64,000 nt of DNA. Origin: Enoplolaimus lenunculus (taxonomy: Eukaryota). The stretch is from NCBI GenBank assembly GCA_030248215.1, contig JASANG010004128.1:186001-250000 (forward strand), given 5' to 3'. The position numbers were made by a program, and so were the translations under genes. Of the stretch, positions 40,491 to 51,800 are shown piece by piece. Every line of letters begins with the position of its first letter. The stretch's first letter is position 1. Under the pieces are notes generated by a model. That model worked only from the letters and a program-made list of their open reading frames with translations. It ran no database searches and was not told where the DNA came from.

Positions 40491-41219
40491 GCGCACCCTC
40501 GTCCGGATCCGCCAATAATCATCCATCATTAGGCAGGTTATATTCTAAAGCCTGTATATATATTTTTGGCGGCTACCCAGAAATTTCCGGGGACGGTATC
40601 CGGATATCTCCCCCTGTGTAAATCTTGCGGGTTCATAACATTTCCACGCGTTTAAAATCTTCTTATGTACGACGACCGTCGTTGGCAGCCCTAAAAATGG
40701 CAGGGCTCAGCCTCTCTGCCCTCAACTGCTGGATCATGACAAACGCGTAATTCTGCTGTTTTAAATCAGTTTCTCAACCCCGAACAATATTTAACGGGAT
40801 AGTGCAGTAGGGATTGTTTCTCGTAATCTGCAAACACTTGTTTAAAACGTTTAAGCTCAAGAATATTAAACCCGCTGCATAATGAGGGCTTTAAACACAA
40901 AAACCAATCAGTTAAAGAAAATGCTGCCAGCATTCGTTTTGGATGTAATTAAAATATTTCGACCCACTGGGTACGAAGCGAGGTGCGCCAGTTACGGTCT
41001 GTCTTTTGTATTTGATCATCAAAAAATAGTTTGTTTTGAATTTACGGTGAGTAGGTTTCGGGTTCAATTAAGATGCAGCCGGTAAAATGGATCAGAAAAA
41101 AAGGTAAACTAATTGTGAGGTTTATCTTTCAACTAGCGAGCTGCAGAGTCCACTATTAATCGCTGAGTTGAATCTCTTACATGAATCACAGACAAGTATT
41201 AAAGAATTTGAAACTATTA

Positions 41220-41473
41220 AGCCCCATTCACACGCGCAAGTTTTTGCAGCGAGAACTCGCAGCTGCAACTGCACGAAATACTTGCAGCTGCAAGTATTTT
41301 CAAAGAAACACTCCGATTAAGCAATAAAACTGCAGGTGCAAGAAATTCCAGCGACTTGCAACTGCATTCACAGGTGCGAATTAAATTCAATAGCATGAAT
41401 TCTAGTGAATTATTTGCAGCTGCACTGCACGTGCAAATTTTTGCTACAAAAACTTGCGCGTGTGATTAGGGCT
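41220..41473. mobile_element. PIF/Harbinger-like palindromic MITE 100 bp upstream of the ace-1 ATG
   Basis: agccccattcacacgcgcaagttttt ... aaaaacttgcgcgtgtgattagggct with a TTA TSD at 41217-41219 and 41474-41476. A partial relative lies at about 59550-59635. Confidence 0.8.
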
Positions 41474-41572
41474 TTACGGCACAAGAATTATTTATATAAA
41501 CCGCGAGATTTAATATGTTTACCGAAGACATTACATGACGCAGTTTGGATTAAATATTAAGCGTGTTTAACC

Positions 41573-44500
41573 ATGCGTGGAATATGCTATGTCAGTGTTG
41601 CCGAGCAATTAAGCAACATTTTTGTTCTAATTAGTATTCTACAGTTACCTCAATTTTTCATCACATCAGTATCTGCTAAAACTATTCGACGAGTTTTGTC
41701 AAACGGGAGTCCTGTCCTGGGTCTTCTAGTCAAGTCCCCTACTGGTCGCGATGTTGAACAATACTTGGGAATTCCTTTCGCGGAACCGCCCGTAGGATAC
41801 CTACGGTTTCGTAAACCAGTACGAAAGGCGCCATGGAGTCGCGAGCACGAAGCGTTTACGTTGCCAAATACATGTGTACAAACACCGGATACATATTTCG
41901 GTAATTTTTCCGGGTCAATGATGTGGAATCCTAATACCCCGGTGTCAGAAGACTGTTTATATTTAAATGTTTGGGTCCCGGTACGTAAGTCTGGTGCCAA
42001 CAGAAACAATAATCTTGGCTACAAGCGTCGATTTCATGTACTGGTTTGGATTTATGGGGGTGGATTCTGGTCCGGTTCTTCAACGCTCGCAGTTTACGAT
42101 GGAAAAACACTTGCAACTGAAGAAAATGTCATTTTAGTGTCCATGAATTACCGCGTGTCGGCGTTTGGGTTTCTATATACTGGTACTGAAGACGCACCGG
42201 GAAACGTAGGCCTGTGGGATCAGTGGCTTGCACTTAAATGGGTTCAAGACAACATTCAACAGTTTGGTGGCAATCCACATGAGGTGACAATTTTCGGTGA
42301 AAGCGCAGGCGGTGCAAGCGTTAGTTTTCACATTATATCACCGCAAAGTAGGTCACTATTTCGACGAGCGGCAATACAAAGCGGTTCCGCTACGGCTCCT
42401 TGGGCGTTAGAACCGCGTGAAGTGCTACTTCGTCGGTTTTTAATGCTTTCAGAAAGCTGTGGCTGCAATGTAACCGTTCTGGAGCAAAAACCAGACATTG
42501 CAAGCGCAATCGACTGTTTGCGACATGTTAACGCAGAAACAATACGCGAACGTGAATGGACAGCGGACAATGAATTTTGTGATTTTCCATGGACGCCTGT
42601 GGTCGACGGCGAATTCTTGTTAGAAGATCCGTTGAGTTCGCTTCGGCGTCGAGATTTTAAACACGGCGAAGTGTTGGTTGGCAGCAATTACGACGAATCG
42701 ATGTATTTCATTGTGTATCATGCGACCAGTATTTTCCAGCAAAATTTGTTGTTTTCCGAAAAAGAATTCATTACCAGCGATAAGTTGTACCGGGAAGCGG
42801 CTCGCCAACTGTTGCCTAAACGCTACAAATCAAATCCGGTTGTGTTGAATGCAATTTTACACGAATATCGCGATTTTCATATACCAACAACAGCAGCAAG
42901 AAGACAAGACGCTGTTGATAAAATGTTAGGTGACTATCATTTTACATGTAACGTCAATGAATTTGCAGATTACGTCCAGTTGTCAGGCAACAACGTGTAC
43001 ATGTATCACTTTACACATCAGTCTTCACAATTGCCGTGGCCTAAATGGATGGGCGTTCTCCATGGATACGAAATTCCGTTTGTGTTTGGTGAACCACTCA
43101 ACCCAAGGCATAATTATACCGCTGCAGAGAAACGATTTTCGCGGCGAGTGATGAGGTACTGGGCGAATTTTGCGCGATCAGGGTAAGTTTTAAGACTGCG
43201 GAAGTTAAATTTTATTTATTTTCAAATTTCTTTGGCTATTAATGCAATCATAGAATATTTAATTGTTGGTCATCAACATTTGTAGCAGTATAAGGACAGA
43301 AAAACCAGAGGAAATGAAAAATTGACGCGCGTAGGTACACAGAATCATCAATAACCTTAAGGGTTTCTGAAATAAAGATAAACATTGAGCATTCAAAAAT
43401 AAATTTTCAGCGCACACAAGGCACATCGCAAAGTATGCCTCAGTTTGCACACAAAACAAATTGTTTTTATATTTATGTGTGAAATGTCATGGAGAAACTT
43501 GTTGACGTATATAAATGGACGTTCATTCTCATTTGCGTCGTCTCCGGGCATTCATAGATGGCTTCATCCTATTTTAATTTGCCTTAGTTGAGATCGTAAT
43601 AACAGAGGATTCTTTTCTCACATAAATATGGTTGATTAAAATTGATTTCAGGGACCCGAACAAAAACCCAAACGGATCGAAAGTCGGATACGAAACGTGG
43701 CCGTTATACACTGCGACAAACGAAGAATATTTAACGCTCGATGCGAAACACAATTATCCAAAGGCTGGAAACGGAATCCGGCGTCGGTATTGTGCCTTTT
43801 GGAAACGATATTTGCCTAAATTAGTCACTGCCACAAGTAAGTATAACTGAAAGTGTGACCAGGATTCTTTGAAACCTACAAAAGTGGAACAAGTAGCAGT
43901 TTGACAAATCTCGCTTCTAGTTATACAAACCAGTAAATCAACGTTGTCTTCGATGACGTTTGTTGTACTCTGTAAGTTAACGAAAAAATCAGCTTTTAAA
44001 TATCGGCGCTCCTTAGTTTAGAAAAATCCTTGCTTTTATACGTAAGCCTTTGTATAATCCTTTACTTAAGTATAAATCAAGTCTAACTTCCTAAGCCTAA
44101 GTCTAAACCTGACCGTTAGCCTTCACCCCGAGTCTAAGCTTAAGCCAAAGCCTAGGCCTTATGCGGGGTTCACGTTATGACCGGGGCAGGCGGGACACGG
44201 TTTGTCCCATGTTGATTCGACGTCAACCTTAAAATTTGGGCACTTATATCGGGTCAACAGACAACACTCGAATGTCATATGATTAGCTTACAAACCACCG
44301 CTCTCAAATCATCAATGTGTAGAAGGCACGATATGTTACGTGATACTGTGGGACATTTATGCGAATATCATATGATATTCCAAAATTTCAACGAATATCA
44401 TATGATACTCAACGGGACAGTGTAATTTTCTGGTGCTAATAAATTAATGGAAAGACGGACGGTAGAGGCACATCTGTGCTTAAAATACCAAATACACGTA

Positions 44501-45037
44501 TGCAAATTCATTTCCGGCACAAAACCGCTTTGAAAAACAGTGTGATAATTCAAAAATTCAAATTTCAAATTCTAGTATCATATGATATTCAACAGGACAA
44601 TTTGGGTATGTTACCTCAAGTATGTAGACATTTGAAAATATATCATATGATATTCGCTGACAATACGTCGAATATCATATAATATTGAAGGACAAAAGGT
44701 GATCTACACATGATGATAGCAGACAAATACGAATTTTTGAATGCCATATAGGGTTTATAAACAGACAAAATGTTACCCAATAGTCTAATAGGGACAAAAC
44801 GTGTCCCAAGCTGCCACGGTTATAACGTGAACCCCGCATTATATTGCTGTAATGTGGGGGAAAGTGTACAGGAGCGCTTCGAATTTAGAAATGATTTTAA
44901 TTCGAAGTCATTTCTTTATAGAAAGCATTGCAAATTCCATCAAAGTAACTTCAAATCACTCGATTTATCTTTTGATTATGTGGTTGGCATTTCACATGAA
45001 TGTTAAATGGCGAATATTTGGATCGTTGGCTGGTTGA
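41573..45037 (+). CDS. ace-1: Acetylcholinesterase, class A (ACE-1-like). Exons 41573-43182, 43652-43836 and probable terminal exon 44922-45037 (~636 aa)
   Basis: Catalytic triad motifs FGESAG, NYDESMYF and GVLHGYEI. Also oxyanion hole YGGGFWSG, choline-site Trp in MWNPNT, and SEDCLYLN. Segments such as PWALEPR, DFPW.PVVDG.FLLE, DKMLGDYHFTC, RYWANFA..GDPNKN and CAFWK.YLP.L match nematode ACE-1 as recalled. Junctions GG|gtaagt..tttcag|G and A|gtaagt..ttatag|AA are in phase. The last exon is inferred from phase and hydrophobicity only. Confidence 0.93.
44162..44838 (+). mobile_element. PIF/Harbinger-like MITE (677 bp) in ace-1 intron 2
   Basis: TIRs tgcggggttcacgttat...ataacgtgaaccccgca, with a TTA TSD at 44159-44161 and 44839-44841. 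Multiple internal atatcatatgatat palindromes. Confidence 0.85.
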
Positions 45038-45287
45038 GTGCTAAACGAAGCGGTGAACATAAAAGCGAGTCATATCGTGAATCATACAAACGCTACTACG
45101 TAGTTTGAAATTTTGACTAAGCAATGACAGAGTTTGCTGAAGCTTTAATTGATCATGGTTCAACATAATTGTACAACCGACATTGCATTTGTTAGCAACT
45201 TGAATTCCTACTTCTTTAAACAAACAGCTGACTGATCTATGAAACATTCGCAAAAACCATAATGTCACCCCCTTCTGAAATTTTTAT

Positions 45288-45687
45288 GGGCGGAGGTACG
45301 GAATTTGGATCCCCCTAAGAATTTAACAAAATATTAGATTACGACGGGCTGAGTTTAACGGTGCCCTTTTTAGCGCTGCAGGGTCCCCGGTTCAATAGTT
45401 ATGGCCCTTTAAATTTTAACTTTTTACCATATAAACCATGTATAAACACCAATCAGATTTGCGTAAGGAATAAACCTGGTTAAGCGTATATTTTACGAAC
45501 ATGCAAATGATACATACTTCCTGTTCCATTGTGTGCGTGTTTGCACTATAATTTCGAGGGCCATAACTTCTGAACCTTTGTTCATGCAGCCATAAAAATG
45601 GTACCGTTGAATTCAGCTCGTCGAAATCTATAGAATGAACCACTTTTTATCAAAGGCCTATAGGGGTCCAGATTCCGTGCCTCCGCC
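45288..45687. mobile_element. Merlin-like MITE family C
   Basis: (g)ggcggaggtacggaatttggatcccc...ggggtccagattccgtgcctccgcc with a perfect 8-bp TSD ATTTTTAT (45280-45287, 45688-45695). Confidence 0.85.
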
Positions 45688-46230
45688 ATTTTTATATTTA
45701 CCACTAGCGCAGCTCATGGGCGTACCCGCGATTTTTCAAGCGGAGGAAGTTGTATAAAAATTTGGAAGAAGGATAGTTCTTGTGTTTCGACTTGACAACG
45801 AGTCGAAAAAATCCTAAAAAACTCCCAAATGGGAGTTTGACACCTGCAAGCAACCCCCTATTTTCTGTGATCTTGGCGTGGATCATTTTGCGTGATAAGC
45901 AATTTCACAAAATGCTCGCGAGGCAGCATACATGTAGTTAAATTTTTGGGGACGCTTTTGTAGCATGGCTGTTGTCAGAGTACAGCTCAGTTCGGGAAGA
46001 ATGTCCCGCAGGTGGTTTTTGCAATTTTGGTAAAGAAATTTATTCGCCTTCCTAACCATTTTTCACATGAATATTGTCAATTTCATGTGAGATGTAATTT
46101 CAAGGTATGATTCAATCACCAGTCTCTCGGGTTGGAGGCGTTTACGATGACCACTCAGCTCCTTTTAGGAGCTTGACGTTCGAACCCGAAGGGGCTCTCA
46201 TGTCTTGAAGAGAATCTGCACTGTCATATA

Positions 46231-46678
46231 CTTTAGTGACATGAATAAGAGGGGGGTAATATGAGGGGGGTCCCCATTTTGAGTCCCAATCAACAAGAGT
46301 TCGTATCCCTAATGAGAGTCTGTAAAGCGGATAGACTCCCTAAACCCAAATAGAGTCCATAAATGTCAATTATCGCTAACTGTAGCGCATAAATGACTCC
46401 AGGACCAAATAATTTTAGTTCGAAACTTTATAGCGTACTTAAATTTTGAATGTCCATTCTTAAAAGTATATATAACCTTGCATTATCGCTCAAGCTATTG
46501 ACAAAAGACAAACGTTAAATTCAACGGATAGTTGCATGCAATACCTTAGATATATCAGTAACGAAGGGTGACAGACGTTGGGTTGAAAATAAATAACAGT
46601 CCGTAACCGAATAACAGGGGGTACCCTCAGCAGAGGCCAAAGAAGTATCAGTCCCCCCGCTTATTCGGGTCACTACAG
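46231..46678. mobile_element. Tc1/mariner-like MITE, TA-flanked
   Basis: ta|ctttagtgacatgaataagagggggg ... ccccccgcttattcgggtcactacag|ta. Confidence 0.8.
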
Positions 46679-48125
46679 TATGTTACAATTGTTAAACATT
46701 ACACTGCTTACAGTGTCTGTGTGGCTCGAAAATTACTTGTATTTAGTCGCTCATAGTATACTCTATCAGTTAAGGTTATTGATATAAATGAGAAATTTTT
46801 CATTAAGTTTTGTCATCCAACAATTTACGGATGGGCATCGAACATTTTTCATATCCAGATGTATGTCCGAAATTTCATTTTAATTTTCAAATATCCAGAA
46901 TTATATGTCGTGTTTTTAAGTTTCCGAACCTCAATTTTTGTTTCGTAAGCTTTTCTTAACTCGTTGTAGCTCGTAAGAATGCCCTTCAGATCAATTGAAT
47001 TGTGTATAATGAGAGCAACACAATATGTAATTCTTAAATTGTAATTTTAATGTAACTGCTTTAATCTATGAAACTGACTGAACATGTCATAACACCTGAA
47101 GCTGAGTTGGTTTATCTCATATTGGCCCTGCATTGAGCCACTGCAACGGACAGGCTGCAGATACCATTCTCCACCGGGTCTTGTAGTGTTTTACGTTCGA
47201 AAAAGAACCACTTTGAAAAAATATGCAAGCACAGTTTACGCATGCATAAATCAGTACTAACGTTATAAAAGTACAAGTGCGCAAGCCTAGAACTTCAAAT
47301 TCACAAATAACTATATTTTTATAATCCGAAAAAGTCATACCTATAAATAGTTTCGATCATCTGCTGACATACTTTTAGCAGACTTATGATGGATGATGCC
47401 TGAGCTGTGTTGAGACGAGTAAAAGTTATCACTTGCTACGAAGTAGGTGCCACGTGTATAAATACGTGGAAAGCAGCTTCAACACTTGTTTTTAGTTTGC
47501 GTGATATACTGCAGCATGTCAAATTCTTGTAAACGTATATCGACCAAAAGAAAACAACTGACTGGCACGAATTAACCAGAAACGGTCTGCGTATACGCTT
47601 GAGCGGCCGCGCCGGTTCGCCAGGTCAACTCAAACATAAACTGTTAAATAAACGAGTTAAAGATGCACTGTTTGCATTCATTATTAGGCTCCTCTCAAAT
47701 GTGCAGTGTGTTTACCGAAAATAAAATTTCGAACCATAATGTGTATATTTCAGTCTTTTTCTCGATCTCGCCTCGGAACTGACTGCAAAACATAAACAGG
47801 GGTTCCAGTGACTGCCGACCGGCGCGATTTTTGAGCTCAACATGCTAAATGGGCCAAACTAATTTCAAGACGGGTTTGCTGTAGATGTCACAAGACAATG
47901 GGGCTAAAGTTAGGAATTCTAGATCCTGTTCCCTCTTTAATCGAATTATTTAGATAATGTGTACACTTAACCAATTTAAAACGTTTTTATGCAGAGTATT
48001 TTTTATACTAATACAAAACACAAATCAAATTATATCAAAACTTCCTAACATAAAAAAAAACAAACAACAACAAAAAAAAATTTTATTTAAATTTATAAAA
48101 AATTTTAATTTTATTTATTAAATTG

Positions 48126-48455
48126 TTTCACTGATTATTAAGGTTACTGAAGAGTTTTTGGGTGCGAGCAATCGGAATAAATTGTCTGTAAACCTTCAAT
48201 GTCAATCATTAAATAGTTAGCTAATAGCTAATTTGCATATTAGCTTAATTAGCTAAGCTAGAATAAGAACTTTTTATATTATTTCACTGATTATTAGGGT
48301 TACAAGCAATGAAATTTCGTAAGTACTAAAGGGTTTTTGGGTGTGAGAAATCTGCAAAAATTGTTTATAAACCTCCAAGACCGATAACTGAATAGTTGGC
48401 TAATAATTAATTTACATATTAGCTTAATTAGTTAACCCTAAATTAGGACTTTCTA
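48126..48455. repeat. Diverged tandem duplication (~155-175 bp unit)
   Basis: tttcactgattatta(a/g)ggttac...gtttttgggtg...catattagcttaattag occurs twice. Confidence 0.7.
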
Positions 48456-48865
48456 AATTATTTTACAAGTATGTCCGAGCTTCGCTCAATACATGTAGTT
48501 CTAATACGACTTGTTGAACATTATAAATATATCGTGGTTTTAACTAAAACTCATCAGTAAACGCAAAAATCTTGATTTGAGCTGAATTGCGTGAAAAGTA
48601 TTCACATCAGCCAATCAAAATTGTGCATGACATGAAGGTGTTAACAAATCACCGTGCATGTAGCTTGATCAAACCGAGAACTTGAAAATGGGATTTCCCA
48701 AGGCGTAATTCTGTTTTGCACTAGCACAATTAGGAATTGGGTTAAATTATGGCTTGGGAACATTATACAATGTACATATATTTATTGCACGTATACGGTT
48801 TACAACAAAGTTGCTCATTGTATGCTGAACGTAGGCAAGATTAAATTCAAAACCAAAATCTGTAT

Positions 48866-51800
48866 TTACAACAAGACTTCTTGTTGCTTGTTTTTTGCTT
48901 GCGCAGAATTGGTTAGGAAATCAGACGGTTGATTTGAAATTAAAGTGTCTTCAAAATTGGTTGTTTCCAGTTCGGCATGATAACCTTCGAACAGACCTTC
49001 GCGATGTTGAATATCCGGCTGAAAGTTACTCGAACTTTTATTGATGCAGCTTGCATCGTTCGCTGACTGCAAAGATACTTCGGGTCCATTTCGTGCAATG
49101 CTTAACCGCATCTCATGTCCACCGTTAGGAACGTTTACCGTCGTTGAGACAGCATTCAGCGACGAGGCCCCATTGCTAACTGATCTTCCCATACTTTTGA
49201 AACCAGAATCATCGGAATCATTTACTGGAGTTGCTGATGGATATGGCGAAGGTGGGGTATTCGACTCAGCGACCGTGTTCATATTTAGTTGCGCATTAGG
49301 TTGCTGAGAAACTGCCGGTTGTGCTATTGAAATTTTGTCACTGAACGTCACACCCTGAAACAATCACTCTTATTAGGGATACGGACTCCTATTGATTGAA
49401 AGTCAAAATGGGGACCCCGTTTTATTCGCGTCACTACAGTAACCTTACAAAAGCTCGGGGACGAGAAGCGCTTTCGCCCTTGTTGGCAAGTGAATAAAAT
49501 GAAAAAAATTAGAGGACAACTAAGATGAACCATGCTTCTTTAGATAATGTCGAAAAACTAGTATACTTTACTTTACAAGTTCTAAGAGTCCAGGTCGAAA
49601 AACTAATATACGTTACTTTACAAGTGCTACGAGTCCAGCTCTGAGCGGAATCGACGATGGATAATATTATCACAATTTGACATGCAGGATAGAAAAAATA
49701 CGGCAAGATGAAATATGGCAGGAAAAAGTTTTCATTTATGTATGACAAGTGAAAACATGGCAGAGGGAAACATTGCAAAAGAAAATATGGCTGGCAGAGA
49801 AAAATAGGGCAAACGCAAAGTGAAAATATATATGGCAGGGGAAAACGACACGACACTAGCGAAAACCTACACAAAACGCAAACTGGCGTGAGGTTTATAA
49901 AATACAAAGAAGTCTTGACTGTACGGCCACGAAAACTTCGCAAAATTACAGAATTCATGATATTTTGCCCTCGTAAAATAATTACTTTGCAACGCTTTAT
50001 ACGAACGTTTGCCCAAAACATTTGAATTTCTATCTTTGTTCAGAAATGTCCTAGACTCGAGTGCCCTGTTTGAAGCCGCCAATGACGACAAGCAATGTAT
50101 ATACATACTTTTAACACAGACGACGCGGCTGTTGATAACCCATGATTTGGATCGGTACCACCGACCAAAAGTGGTCGGTTATTCGATGTTTCAATCGTTA
50201 ATTCATCTGTTGTACTTAAACTACTCTGTTTATTTGATGCCATACTGGCTCCATGATTAGCACAAGTATCAGCAGCATTTTCTGCACGTGTTTCTAAAGA
50301 GTTTAATTGACCTTTGGTGCCGTCGTTTCGAACGCTGTCGAGTTTCAAACCGCTTTCTTGCTCAGATTTTCCGTCCATCTGGCTCTCTACGGATGACGCT
50401 GGGTGTTTGGGCTGTTCCGGATCGTCGAGAACTTGCAATAATTGAACGCCTTTATTTGCCGGGTGTTGTTGTCGTTGTCTTAGTTGCATTTCGTCAATAT
50501 CCGCTGTTAATATCGCCTGTTGCTCAAACGAGGCGTTGTTTTGTTTTTGTTCTGCAGCCGCTGCAGCTTCCGCTGCCAATCTTGTGTTATACGCAAGCCG
50601 CATTTCCAGTCGTTTACGAAGTTCAACAATACGGACTTCTTTCTTAAAATTAAAAAAATCACACAATAAACTACATAAATTGTAAAACTCAAATATAACA
50701 AAACATTGTATTTATTAGGGAATGTTTAGCTGATCCATAGAAAAAGAATACTAAAATAAAGTACAAAGGCAAAAACCAAGGTTGAAACTTTTCCTATATG
50801 CAACAGTAGAGAAAAAGATCGGCCTAAAGGCGAAATATCGGCCTAAGCAGATGCTTCCGGGTTATACTACTATTATAGCTCGCGCGGAACCGCTTTTACA
50901 AATTTTGGGATTCTCCACTGTTGCGGTGATGTATTAAACTGTAGAGGTGTGAAACATAATATTAGAGATTATTTAATCGTTGACGCAACTCATTTCAGCA
51001 CATTTTGGCACGTCTGCAACAGAAATACTACTTATAGGTTTTTACTTCCGCAATCTGGCGTTTGATATCCTCGTTTTCATTGACAATTGACCGGTACCGT
51101 TCTTCTTCCTCTTTTGAAACTCCCGGTTCCGCTGTCTTCTGTAAATCGTCGCGTGTCGGTACTCGATAACAGTGCAAAAACTAAAAACCAAATGAATACA
51201 GATCTAATTTTCTTAATATAATCGCACAGCATATTTGGAGTTGGTGCAAAATTTAATAATTTTATTTTGAGAACATGCAAACTGATAGACTTACAAAGAA
51301 TTAGCGATGAAAATTTGGTGTTGCTTTAGCACAAACAGAAAACTTTGACGAAAGTTTCTATTGGCTAAAAAATCGATGGGAGCCCAGACGCCTCTGTACA
51401 TGACTAGGAGCACACCAGAAAACAGGCGCAAACTAAAAACATATGATTCTAGACAATTTTAGAAATTGCATTTCACTTTAGCTGACTACAATATGCAAAG
51501 AAGAAAATGACCTTTGAACAAAAACGAGCAGGTGTGAACCAAAGCGTTCAACAATAGTGGTTGCGCTATACTTTGCTGTGCCAGACACCGACGCACGCCG
51601 CTGTGCGTTAACAAAATATAGGCAAAATGTATTTGGTGGCGTGCGACAATTTTTAAGATGAAAATTTTATCGAGCCGCGCAGCGGCGTCCGGAGACGTGC
51701 AGCGGTTTGTGAAGGCGTACGCGGGCCTGGTATACCGCAAGCCTAAAACTTCAACTGCACTGTAAAAAATGTTGAGTCAAATTGACTCTCTCCGAAATAG

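Noticed and set aside
41650..42808. Minus-strand ORFs of 60-119 aa
   Set aside because: Antisense shadows of the ace-1 coding exon.
45040..48860. Search for an ACE-1 T-peptide exon or another gene between ace-1 and gbb-1
   Set aside because: The phase-1 acceptors I examined (46990, 47378, 47752) run into stops within a few codons. The one at 45963 shows no aromatic heptad pattern. The rest is MITE and AT-rich sequence.
49509..50021. 170-aa hydrophobic minus-strand ORF
   Set aside because: It lies in the last gbb-1 intron and is built from degenerate aaaatatggcagg repeats and a 45-bp duplication. It has no ATG start or recognisable domain.
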